Shown piece by piece: positions 8,478-16,299 of a DNA stretch of 32,000 nt. The stretch's first letter is position 1. Every line of letters begins with the position of its first letter. Origin of the DNA: Candidatus Saccharibacteria bacterium oral taxon 488 (GTDB lineage: Bacteria > Patescibacteriota > Saccharimonadia > Saccharimonadales > Saccharimonadaceae); NCBI GenBank assembly GCA_010202845.1, contig CP047921.1, forward strand, positions 180,001 through 212,000. The letters are read 5' to 3'. A model generated the notes under the pieces. It was not told where the DNA came from and searched no databases. It saw only the letters and a list, made by a program, of their open reading frames with translations. A program made the translations under genes and the position numbers.

Positions 8478-8506
8478 TTGATTTATCACCATATCTCTGG
8501 TACAAT
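8478..8506 (+). promoter_or_regulatory. rplU promoter
   Basis: TTGATT (8478-8483), 17-nt spacer, TACAAT (8501-8506) with upstream TGG (extended -10). The leader carries SD AAGGAA. Confidence 0.5.
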
Positions 8507-8540
8507 GGAACAGATTGGAAACTAATTTTTAAGGAACGAA

Positions 8541-8846
8541 ATGAAAGCAGTCGTAAAAATCTCTGGCAAGCAATACGTTGTCAGTGAAAAAGAGTCCCTC
8601 TTGGTGGATCTCCTCCCTGAAGGCACAAAAGAACTCACTCTCGACGCACTTTTAGTGATTGATGGTGATAAAACAAAAGTTGGCACGCCGACCGTAAAAG
8701 GCGCGGTGGTGAAAGCGAAAGTCGTTGAGGCGGAAGTCAAAGGCGACAAAATCCGCGTCATTCGCTACAAAGCTAAAAAACGCGTTCACAAAGAAACTGG
8801 CTATCGCCAGAAATATACCAAGATTGAGATTACCTCGATCAAATAA
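8541..8846 (+). CDS. rplU: 50S ribosomal protein L21
   Basis: MKAVVKISGKQYVVSEKE...VIRYKAKKRVHKETGYRQKYTKIEI is the typical L21 sequence pattern and length. Confidence 0.93.
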   Translation: MKAVVKISGKQYVVSEKESLLVDLLPEGTKELTLDALLVIDGDKTKVGTPTVKGAVVKAKVVEAEVKGDKIRVIRYKAKKRVHKETGYRQKYTKIEITSIK

Positions 8847-8860
8847 CCGATGAATTAGCA

Positions 8861-8890
8861 TGCCGCCCCGCGATGAGGGCGGTATTTTTA
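8861..8890 (+). terminator. rho-independent terminator after rplU
   Basis: Stem tgccgccc/gggcggta (8 bp including one G-U), 8-nt loop, followed by ttttta. Confidence 0.7.
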
Positions 8891-8902
8891 TGGTCGAAAC
8901 TA

Positions 8903-8911
8903 TGGTACAAT
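8903..8911 (+). promoter_or_regulatory. extended -10 promoter (TGGTACAAT) of parA-parB
   Basis: TGGTACAAT lies 22 nt upstream of ATG 8934. SD AAGGGG lies in between. Confidence 0.45.
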
Positions 8912-8933
8912 GAGGTAAGCAGAAGGGGTATCG

Positions 8934-9698
8934 ATGACGAAGATTATTGCGGTGACAAATCAAAAGGGTGGCGTCGGCAAGACGACGACTTCAATTAATG
9001 TGGCGTATTTTTTGGCAAAAGCCGGCAAGCGGACGCTAATCGTTGACTTTGATCCGCAGGGAAATGCTACCAGCGGCCTTGGCATTGATAAGCAAGAATT
9101 GGGCATAACGATGACCGAGGTGGTGACTGGCCAGACGGCCTTGAATAATATAATTATTCAAACTGACATCAAGGATCTATCGATCGCACCGGCCACGCCA
9201 CACCTAGCAAATACCGAGGTTGAACTGGCCCAAGCTGAGGGGCGGTTTGTGCGGCTGCGCCAGGCGCTGGCGAGCCTCGCTGGGTATGATTATGTGATCA
9301 TTGATAGTCCGCCGAGTCTGAGTCTGCTGACCGTGAATGGGCTGATCGCAGCACAGTATGTCTTGCTGCCAGTGCAGGCAGAGTTTTATGCGCTCGAGGG
9401 GCTGGGGCAGCTGATGGAGACGATGAAGTTGGTCCGCAAGGGGCTCAATCCGCATCTGCGCTTGCTCGGCGTGGTGACCACCATGGTTGATTCGCGGACA
9501 ACTCTGTCGAGTCAGGTGTACGATGAAATTAAAAAGCATTTTGCTGATACGATTTTCAAGACGACGATTCCGCGTAACATTCGCCTTGCCGAGGCGCCAA
9601 GCCATGGCGTACCAGTTGGCGTGTATGATCGTTTCTCAAAGGGCTCGCGAGCCTACCACGCACTGACCAAAGAAATTATCGAGAGGATTGAAGGATGA
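8934..9698 (+). CDS. parA: chromosome partitioning ATPase ParA/Soj
   Basis: Deviant Walker A NQKGGVGKTTT. IIDSPPSL. Typical Soj length. Confidence 0.92.
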   Translation: MTKIIAVTNQKGGVGKTTTSINVAYFLAKAGKRTLIVDFDPQGNATSGLGIDKQELGITMTEVVTGQTALNNIIIQTDIKDLSIAPATPHLANTEVELAQAEGRFVRLRQALASLAGYDYVIIDSPPSLSLLTVNGLIAAQYVLLPVQAEFYALEGLGQLMETMKLVRKGLNPHLRLLGVVTTMVDSRTTLSSQVYDEIKKHFADTIFKTTIPRNIRLAEAPSHGVPVGVYDRFSKGSRAYHALTKEIIERIEG

Positions 9699-10573
9699 AA
9701 AAGGGACTTGGGCGGGGATTTGATTCGCTGATACCGACAAATTTGTTTGACGAGGCTTTTGACCCGACGGCTGGTCAAGATGCGACAATGTCGCAATTAC
9801 GCCAGATACCAATTACCGATATTACGCCAGATCCAGATCAGCCGCGGCGGTTCTTTGATGAGGAGGCGCTGCGTGAACTGGCCGATTCGATTCGTCGTCA
9901 CGGCGTGGTACAGCCGATCGTCGTGACGCCACGTGGGGCACAATTCATGATCGTGGCTGGCGAGCGGCGCTGGCGAGCGGCGCAGCTGGCTGGATTAGTA
10001 GAGATGCCGAGCATCATTCGCAGTTTGAGCGATCAGCATCGGTTAGAGGTGTCACTGATCGAGAATCTGCAGCGACGCGACCTCAATCCGCTAGAGACGG
10101 CGACGGCGTATATGAAACTGCGCGACCAGTTTAATATGACCTTGGAGCAAATCGGCCAGCACGTTGGTGGTAAATCGGTCAGCGCCATTAGTAATACGCT
10201 GCGCCTCCTGAAATTACCGAGCGTGGTGCGGACGGCGTTGTTTGAAAATAAGATTTCTGAAGGGCAGGCGCGAACATTGGTGGGGCTGCCAGATGACGTG
10301 GCGGAGGATTTATTGCAGCAAACGATTGATCAGGGCTGGAGCGTGCGTAAGCTCGAGCAGATGATTGCTGCCTGGAAGCGGGCACAGCAGCCGTTGGGCC
10401 CCGCGTCAACTCCAAAGCCAGCCCGCTCGCCGCACGCCTCGTCGGTAGCGCGCCTGTCGAAAAAACTTCGTGCTGACATCACGGTTCGCACCAGTAAGCG
10501 CGGTGCCGGTCAGATTATCATCCCTTTCAAAGACCAAGCGGATTTTGAGCGGATCCGCGACTTGATTGGCTGA
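9695..10573 (+). CDS. parB: chromosome partitioning protein ParB/Spo0J
   Basis: ATGA overlap with the parA stop. ParB box GERRWRAAQLAG. HTH region (LEQIGQHVGKSVSAISNTLRLL-type). Confidence 0.92.
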   Translation: MKKGLGRGFDSLIPTNLFDEAFDPTAGQDATMSQLRQIPITDITPDPDQPRRFFDEEALRELADSIRRHGVVQPIVVTPRGAQFMIVAGERRWRAAQLAGLVEMPSIIRSLSDQHRLEVSLIENLQRRDLNPLETATAYMKLRDQFNMTLEQIGQHVGGKSVSAISNTLRLLKLPSVVRTALFENKISEGQARTLVGLPDDVAEDLLQQTIDQGWSVRKLEQMIAAWKRAQQPLGPASTPKPARSPHASSVARLSKKLRADITVRTSKRGAGQIIIPFKDQADFERIRDLIG

Positions 10574-10576
10574 TTA

Positions 10577-11182
10577 CTAAAATCCTCTGATCTGTGTGAA
10601 GGGGAAAATACGGGCGATGACCGGCCCGACGATGTCGTACAGCGGAATATTACCCATGCAGTTACGCGAGTCACACGAAAAATTACCCTCGCGATTATCG
10701 CCCATCACGAAAACCGTCCCCTCGGACACCTTGGTGTCGACATCACCGGAGGTGGGTGACTTTGGTTCGTTTTTGTTGACGGTTGTATCGGGGTTAAAGC
10801 CGTTCGGATGTTCGCTGTTATAAACGGTGACAACGCCGTTTTTGACGGTGACGCGCTCACCCGCGAAAGCAATTACCCGTTTGACGATATATTCATCGTG
10901 ACCTAGGGTCGGATTGTAATTAGGATTCTTAAAGACAATAATTTGGCCGCGCTGGGGGATGTACTGTTTATTTTGCAGCTGTTTGATCGTGACTGATAGT
11001 CGGTCGACGATCAGGCGGTCATTGGTGTGCATGGTGTTTTCCATACTCGGCCCCTGCACGCCAAAACTACGAAAGACAAAGGTATTGATCAAGATTGTCC
11101 CGATGATCACTCCGACCACAAAAATAATCAGCCCCAGACTGTCCCTCAGGCGCGGGTGTCGATCGAGAAAATGAGCATCCAT
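10577..11182 (-). CDS. lepB: signal peptidase I
   Basis: GPSMENTM (catalytic Ser), IVKRVIAFAGERV (catalytic Lys), FVMGDNREGNFSCDSR. I prefer ATG 11182 (MDAHF...), which sits 7 nt downstream of a TATAAT, over the TTG at 11230 given by the ORF track. Confidence 0.88.
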   Translation of the reverse strand: MDAHFLDRHPRLRDSLGLIIFVVGVIIGTILINTFVFRSFGVQGPSMENTMHTNDRLIVDRLSVTIKQLQNKQYIPQRGQIIVFKNPNYNPTLGHDEYIVKRVIAFAGERVTVKNGVVTVYNSEHPNGFNPDTTVNKNEPKSPTSGDVDTKVSEGTVFVMGDNREGNFSCDSRNCMGNIPLYDIVGPVIARIFPFTQIRGF

Positions 11183-11189
11183 CCGCCTT

Positions 11190-11195
11190 ATTATA
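11190..11195 (-). promoter_or_regulatory. -10 box TATAAT, 7 nt upstream of lepB ATG (leaderless-type)
   Basis: The minus strand reads tgTATAATaaggcggATG. Confidence 0.5.
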
Positions 11196-11240
11196 CATGG
11201 TTTGGCGGCGAAAACCAAAAGCTTGATCAATAGAGAAGTG

Positions 11241-11249
11241 TGCTATAAT
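11241..11249 (+). promoter_or_regulatory. extended -10 TGCTATAAT, 8 nt upstream of GTG 11258
   Basis: TGCTATAATaaggagcaGTG. Confidence 0.45.
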
Positions 11250-11257
11250 AAGGAGCA

Positions 11258-12931
11258 GTGAAAATTTCAAATAGGAATTCGGTCGATGGATTTGTACCGC
11301 GAAGGGTTCAGCGGTCTCGTTTGGGTGGTGTATCGCCAGAGCAGGTAGCCGCTCATCCTCGTCGGGCGGAGCAGTCTACCCCGCAGACACTTGGGCAGCA
11401 GCCGGTCCAATTACCGCGCCAGTCACTGTCACAAGCTGATCGGGTGCGCCTTGCGACTTCGTCAACTGCTGATATTGACGAAGATATCAGCGATTCGCTC
11501 AAAGATCTTGACCTCCAAAAGCCCGAAACACCTCGCGAAAAGCGCAAGAAATCGCATAAAAAACGTCGCAAGCTAAAGATTATTATCCTGGTGATCGTGG
11601 CGCTGATAATTCTGGTGGGTGGATTTTTGCTGTACAAGGCGTGGGTCAATGCGGGGCGAGTGTTTGGTAGCGGGAATCTGATTGACTTGTTTCAGAATCA
11701 ACCGCTGAAAGTGGATGCACACGGGCGAAGTAACATGCTGATTCTCGGTACGACGGATGACGACCCGGAGCACCCGGGCGCGACATTGACTGACTCGATG
11801 ATGGTGCTCAGTATTGATCAGAAGAAACACGACGCCTATATGTTCAGTATTCCGCGCGACCTATACGTGCAGTTTGGGCGGGTTTGTAATTCTGGTAGCG
11901 CAGGCAAGATCAATGAGTATTTTGACTGTATTGCCAAGGGTAATGATGAGCAAGCCGAGAGAAAGCGGATGGAGGCCAGTCGCGAGTTTGTTGGCAAGAT
12001 CTTTGGTATGGACCTCCAGTATGTGGCGCATGTGAATGCTCAGGTGATCAAGGATGCGGTCAACGCGGTCGGTGGTGTGACCGTGAATGTACAGAGCGAT
12101 GATCCGCGCGGTGTGTTTGATCCGAGCGTCGACTGGATGTGTCGGGAAAAGGGTCTGTCGGCAGAGCAGCGGAAACGACGCTGTCCGACGGGGCACTACA
12201 TTCATTTCAAGAATGGGCCAAATGAGATGGACGGTGACAAGGCGCTGTATTTCTCGCGAGCGCGTGGTGCGCTGGGCGGTTCGTATGGGCTGGATAAGTC
12301 GAACTTTGACCGCGAGAAAAACCAACAGTTGGTGCTGATGGCGCTCAAGAATAAAGCAGCCTCGACAGGTACGCTGACTGATCTTGGCAAGGTGACGGCG
12401 CTGATGGACGCCATGGGTAAGAACTTACGCACTAACGTTGACGCCAAGGAAGTTCGTACGGTGATGGATGTTGCCTCCAAGATTAAAGATTCTGATATTC
12501 ATCGTCTCAGCTTTATTGAAAAAGATAATGTCTTGCTCGGTACGAGTAGCGTTGGTGGCGCCAGTGTGGTTGTGCCAACGGCTGGCCAGTTCGACTACTC
12601 GCAAATCCGATCATTTATCAAGGTGGAAATATACGGTGATGCACTTGCCAAGGAAAAGGCGCGCGTCCTGGTGCTCAATGGCAGTGGCGTGGTCGGAGCC
12701 GCCAAATCCGAAGCTGATCGCCTAAAGGCGGCATCGCTCAACGTGGTGAGCGTCGGCAATTCACCACAGAAAATTACCGAAAAGTATAAGGTTTATCAGC
12801 TGGAGTCAGGCAAGTCTAAGCAGGCTTCTGCCAACAAGATTAAAGAACTGTATGGTGTAACATTAACCGAAGGCAAACCGCCATTTAACCTGCCAGCCGA
12901 AGCTGACTTCGTGGTGATAATCGGGCCGTAA
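11258..12931 (+). CDS. LytR-CpsA-Psr (LCP) family cell-wall glycopolymer ligase with LytR_C domain
   Basis: ~100-aa basic/disordered cytoplasmic N-terminus, one TM, LCP core (NMLILGTTDDD...TDSMMVLSID...FSIPRDLYV) and a C-terminal LytR_C-like segment (RVLVLNGSGVVGAAKSEADRL). Confidence 0.88.
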   Translation: MKISNRNSVDGFVPRRVQRSRLGGVSPEQVAAHPRRAEQSTPQTLGQQPVQLPRQSLSQADRVRLATSSTADIDEDISDSLKDLDLQKPETPREKRKKSHKKRRKLKIIILVIVALIILVGGFLLYKAWVNAGRVFGSGNLIDLFQNQPLKVDAHGRSNMLILGTTDDDPEHPGATLTDSMMVLSIDQKKHDAYMFSIPRDLYVQFGRVCNSGSAGKINEYFDCIAKGNDEQAERKRMEASREFVGKIFGMDLQYVAHVNAQVIKDAVNAVGGVTVNVQSDDPRGVFDPSVDWMCREKGLSAEQRKRRCPTGHYIHFKNGPNEMDGDKALYFSRARGALGGSYGLDKSNFDREKNQQLVLMALKNKAASTGTLTDLGKVTALMDAMGKNLRTNVDAKEVRTVMDVASKIKDSDIHRLSFIEKDNVLLGTSSVGGASVVVPTAGQFDYSQIRSFIKVEIYGDALAKEKARVLVLNGSGVVGAAKSEADRLKAASLNVVSVGNSPQKITEKYKVYQLESGKSKQASANKIKELYGVTLTEGKPPFNLPAEADFVVIIGP

Positions 12932-12933
12932 TT

Positions 12934-12942
12934 TGGTATAAT
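12934..12942 (+). promoter_or_regulatory. extended -10 TGGTATAAT just upstream of the 12946/12952 start
   Basis: TGGTATAAT, then agggtggca, then ATG 12952. Confidence 0.4.
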
Positions 12943-12945
12943 AGG

Positions 12946-13725
12946 GTGGCAATGGAGTTTCTGAAAAAAACAGCCAGGCGACGGTCGCTTCTCAGTAATA
13001 TCGCTTATTACGCGCTCAATCTAGGGATGGTGGCAGTCTTGTTCTGGATGTCGCAGGAAATTCATTATCCGTTGGCGGCGATTGTGTTGGTACTCTTAAG
13101 CAAGTGGCGGACATTGTCGGTACGCCCTAAGTTTTGGCTAACGAATATTCAAGGAAGTCTGGTTGACGTGGTGGTTGGTCTCGGTGTGGTGGCGCTGATG
13201 TACGCGCCGCAGGCGACGCTGGAGCTACGAATCGCACTGGCGATATTTTATGCAGCGTGGCTTGTCGCTATCAAGCCGCTGTCAAAGCGCTGGCAGATGA
13301 CATTGCAGGCGGGCCTCGCGGTGTTTATCGGTACAGCAGCGCTGTTTGCAGTGTCACATGAATGGCCGGCCGCGGTGGTCGTGTTGAGTGCGCTAATTAT
13401 TGGGTATGGTACGGCTCGGCATTTTCTATCGACGTTTCGTGAGGAGCAGATTACTGTACTCAGTCTAGCCTGGGGGCTGGTGTTTGCGGAGATTGGCTGG
13501 CTGGCGCATTACTGGACGTTTGGCTATGCGCTGCTTGGGGTAAACGCGCTGCAACTACCGCAGGCGACGATTATCTTTATACTGCTGTCATTCGTAGCTG
13601 AGCGTGTCTATACCTCTTGGCATAAGCATAAAACGATCGTTATTGCTGAAGTTGCTGGCCCAGCTATCTTGGCGTCGGCACTCATCCTGACTATCTTATT
13701 ATTCTTTAACTCGGTGACACTATAA
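12946..13725 (+). CDS. integral membrane protein of unknown function (about 8-9 hydrophobic segments)
   Basis: Long ORF, hydrophobic throughout, with no antisense competitor. The start is either GTG 12946 or, more likely, ATG 12952. I recognise no motif. Confidence 0.7.
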   Translation: MAMEFLKKTARRRSLLSNIAYYALNLGMVAVLFWMSQEIHYPLAAIVLVLLSKWRTLSVRPKFWLTNIQGSLVDVVVGLGVVALMYAPQATLELRIALAIFYAAWLVAIKPLSKRWQMTLQAGLAVFIGTAALFAVSHEWPAAVVVLSALIIGYGTARHFLSTFREEQITVLSLAWGLVFAEIGWLAHYWTFGYALLGVNALQLPQATIIFILLSFVAERVYTSWHKHKTIVIAEVAGPAILASALILTILLFFNSVTL

Positions 13726-13747
13726 ATTATAAAATTGGAGTAAACCT

Positions 13748-14905
13748 ATGGAGCAAGAAGCGAATCTAACCAACCAGCCAAAACCGAACCGCCGCAAGAA
13801 GATTGCGCTGATAAGTATATGTATCATTGCGGGCATATGGCTGGCGTTTGGTTCAGCGGCATTTGGGTCGTGGTTAACACTTCAGTTGACGAAGCAATCT
13901 CCGCAGCCAGTGGCTGATGGCAACCGGGTTATATCGCGAGACGAAGCCGATGTTAGCGAGGTGGTACAGCGTGTTTCTAAAAGCGTAGTCTCAATTGTTA
14001 CAACCAAAAACGGTCGGTCCTTTTCGTATAGCGACGTGCGGCAGGGTGCTGGTACGGGCATTATCATTAGTAAGGACGGCTATATTTTGACAAATAAACA
14101 TGTTGTCAAGGACGCTGATCGTGTTGAAATTGTGAGCAGTGACGGCACGCAATATACCGATGTCAAGTTTGTCGGAGCCGACCCACTCAACGACGTGGCA
14201 TTTCTCAAGATTAACGGCGTTAATGATCTGCCAGCGGCCACCCTGGGTGACTCAGGTACCGTTCGTGTCGGTCAGAAAGTGATTGCAATCGGCAATTCAT
14301 TGGGTCGTTACCAAAATACTGTGACGATGGGTATTATCTCGGGCAAGGGTCGGCCGGTTCAGGCGTCCACTAGCGAGCGAAGCGGCGAAGCCGAGAGCTT
14401 GACTGATTTGCTCCAGACCGATGCCGCGATCAACCCGGGCAATTCTGGTGGGCCACTCCTCAACATGTCGGGCCAGGTTATCGGCATCAACACGGCGATT
14501 GTCTCGGATGCACAAAGCGTAGGTTTTGCGATTCCGATCGGTGCTGCCAAGGGGCTAGTCCGCAGCGTATTGGCATCTGGTAAAATTCAGAAGTCGTATA
14601 TCGGCGTGCGGTATATCGCTATCACACCTGAGGTGCGTGCCGAGTATAAACTATCCGCCAAAAGCGGTGCCTATGTCGGTGGTTCACGCGACAAATCGGC
14701 GGTCGTTGCTGGCGGGCCGGCAGATAAAGCAGGCATCAAGGACGGCGACGTCATTACCAAGGTAAACGACAAGCTGATCGGCGAGCAGGGCGGCCTCGGT
14801 AGTCTCATCTCTGAGTTCCTGCCGGGCGAGACAGTAGAACTGACTATCCTGCGCGACGGCAAGGAACAGAAAGTCAAGCTAACGCTTGGTGCTTACAAAG
14901 CGTAG
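13748..14905 (+). CDS. htrA: HtrA/DegP-family trypsin-like serine protease with PDZ domain
   Basis: N-terminal TM. Triad contexts TNKHVV (His), NDVAFLKI (Asp) and GNSGGPL (Ser). C-terminal PDZ (GDVITKVNDKLI). Confidence 0.9.
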   Translation: MEQEANLTNQPKPNRRKKIALISICIIAGIWLAFGSAAFGSWLTLQLTKQSPQPVADGNRVISRDEADVSEVVQRVSKSVVSIVTTKNGRSFSYSDVRQGAGTGIIISKDGYILTNKHVVKDADRVEIVSSDGTQYTDVKFVGADPLNDVAFLKINGVNDLPAATLGDSGTVRVGQKVIAIGNSLGRYQNTVTMGIISGKGRPVQASTSERSGEAESLTDLLQTDAAINPGNSGGPLLNMSGQVIGINTAIVSDAQSVGFAIPIGAAKGLVRSVLASGKIQKSYIGVRYIAITPEVRAEYKLSAKSGAYVGGSRDKSAVVAGGPADKAGIKDGDVITKVNDKLIGEQGGLGSLISEFLPGETVELTILRDGKEQKVKLTLGAYKA

Positions 14906-15703
14906 GACGATGATAAAGCCGCGCGTCTCTACCTCGTGAAAGCCGTGGTGCCTTGCTTGATGGAGAATTGCCTGGTGCTGTCGCGGGTCGGCCTCTAGAA
15001 AGAGCAGACCGCCCGCTGTTATGTGGCGCGGCGCTTGCTCAATCAGTGTCTCGATTAACCTCAGCCCATTATCCGCTGCGAATAACGCCTCGGCGGGTTC
15101 GTGGCGCAGTTCTGGTGAAACATCCCAGTCCCGATCAACATACGGCAGATTAGCAAAGATATAATCTACCGGCTCAATCTGCCCGGAAAGGAGCGATTGT
15201 TGCTGTAGCGTCACCCGCGCCTGCAAATTGCTCGCGTTTTTCTCGGCAATTTTTATGGCTCGTGGACTAATGTCCGATAAAATAACCCGCAGGGATGGCC
15301 GCTCTAGCGCCGCTGTAATACCGAGGCAGCCCGAACCAGTACCAACATCAATCAGCGTCTTTGGCGCGATTTCACCGGCTGTCAGCGCCAAGAACAGGGT
15401 AATCATCTCCTCCGACTCCGGCCGCGGCACCAGGACAGCTGGCGAAACAATAAATTTCCGTCCGTAAAATTCCTTACAGCCCAAAATATATGCCATCGGT
15501 ACTCGATCAAGCCGCAGGCTCAGCCTGGCATCGGCGATATCAACCCGTCGCGGATCAATCTCCTCATCCAGGTGCGCATGAAGGTACGTCCGGTTTTTCC
15601 GGAGGGTGTTAGCCAGTATCAGCTCGGCGTCCAACCGCGCCGATGTGATACCGATAGCTTTTAACTGTTTAGCGGCGTTCTTTAGCCAGGTTGCTATATT
15701 CAT
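14879..15703 (-). CDS. prmC: release-factor glutamine N5-methyltransferase (PrmC/HemK)
   Basis: SAM motif LIDVGTGSGCLGI. The catalytic motif position reads FANLPYV (NLPY instead of the usual NPPY). Lies next to prfA. Confidence 0.85.
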   Translation of the reverse strand: MNIATWLKNAAKQLKAIGITSARLDAELILANTLRKNRTYLHAHLDEEIDPRRVDIADARLSLRLDRVPMAYILGCKEFYGRKFIVSPAVLVPRPESEEMITLFLALTAGEIAPKTLIDVGTGSGCLGITAALERPSLRVILSDISPRAIKIAEKNASNLQARVTLQQQSLLSGQIEPVDYIFANLPYVDRDWDVSPELRHEPAEALFAADNGLRLIETLIEQAPRHITAGGLLFLEADPRQHQAILHQARHHGFHEVETRGFIIVLRFVSTKR

Positions 15704-15710
15704 GTTGTTA

Positions 15711-15739
15711 ATTATACTACATAGCTAGGAATGAGTAAA
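15711..15739 (-). promoter_or_regulatory. prmC promoter, leaderless-type
   Basis: Minus strand: TTTACT (15739-15734), 17-nt spacer, TATAAT (15716-15711), then 7 nt (taacaac), then ATG 15703. Confidence 0.5.
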
Positions 15740-15780
15740 GTGGTTGCGGTTGCAAAATAGCTAGAAAGTTGTAAAAAGTA

Positions 15781-15811
15781 TTGACAAATCAAGAGAGAGA
15801 GAGAGTAATAT
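15781..15811 (+). promoter_or_regulatory. promoter P1 of orphan gene A
   Basis: TTGACA (15781-15786), a 19-nt spacer containing (AG)7, then TAATAT (15806-15811). Near-identical to P2 at 17438-17466. Confidence 0.55.
15792..15805 (+). repeat. (AG)7 dinucleotide microsatellite inside the P1 promoter spacer
   Basis: agagagagagagag read directly at 15792-15805. Confidence 0.95.
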
Positions 15812-15840
15812 ACGATTCGTGCAACAAATTATATTTTTAA

Positions 15841-16275
15841 ATGAAAGGATGTGAACACGTGGCACATTATAATCCTGACTACTATAATGGCTATAACAGC
15901 AGTCTCTATCTTACTGACGACCCAAATGATTTTGAGCTTCAACAGGATCTTTTTCTTGAAGAGGGAGAGAAGTACCTTGAAGGAGTGGATACAGGCTTTA
16001 CTGAACTCCCCATCTCAGCCCCTCCTGGCTTTGATGGCCCTGAGTTGGATGCGAGGCGTAGGGCACGCCTAGTGAGAGAATCAGATAGTGAAGATCATGC
16101 TGCTGCTGGTCTTCCTGAGCTACCTTATTACGCTTCTCAGCAGGTACGGGAAGAGATTATTGCGCAATTGAAAGATATCTACAAGAGAGAATATGCCGAG
16201 GGAATAATGTACCCTAAGCGGGAACGGCAGATACTCGCAAGAATTGCCCTATTACGCAATGCAGACGACAACTAA
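15841..16275 (+). CDS. hypothetical acidic protein (orphan A, 144 aa)
   Basis: Longest ORF in the gap between prmC and prfA, with its own promoter. An alternative in-frame GTG at 15859 lies 9 nt after AAAGGA. No motif recognised. Confidence 0.6.
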   Translation: MKGCEHVAHYNPDYYNGYNSSLYLTDDPNDFELQQDLFLEEGEKYLEGVDTGFTELPISAPPGFDGPELDARRRARLVRESDSEDHAAAGLPELPYYASQQVREEIIAQLKDIYKREYAEGIMYPKRERQILARIALLRNADDN

Positions 16276-16299
16276 TAATTAATAAGTAAGCGGGTCACG

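Noticed and set aside
14087-14098. TTGACAAATAAA inside htrA, identical to the first 12 nt of promoter P2.
   Set aside because: It encodes the conserved LTNKH catalytic-His context of HtrA and is not followed by the AGAGTAATAT -10 part. Most likely coincidence.
15115-15122. GTGAAACA, a parS half-site, inside prmC.
   Set aside because: The left half (AGTTCTGG) matches TGTTTCAC at only 3 of 8 positions. I found no full 16-bp parS anywhere in the window by eye.
15851-16072. Alternative-frame 73-aa hydrophobic ORF overlapping orphan A.
   Set aside because: It is shorter than the 144-aa frame, and its GTG start is only 1 nt from the AAAGGA so the SD spacing is wrong. I cannot exclude it without expression data.
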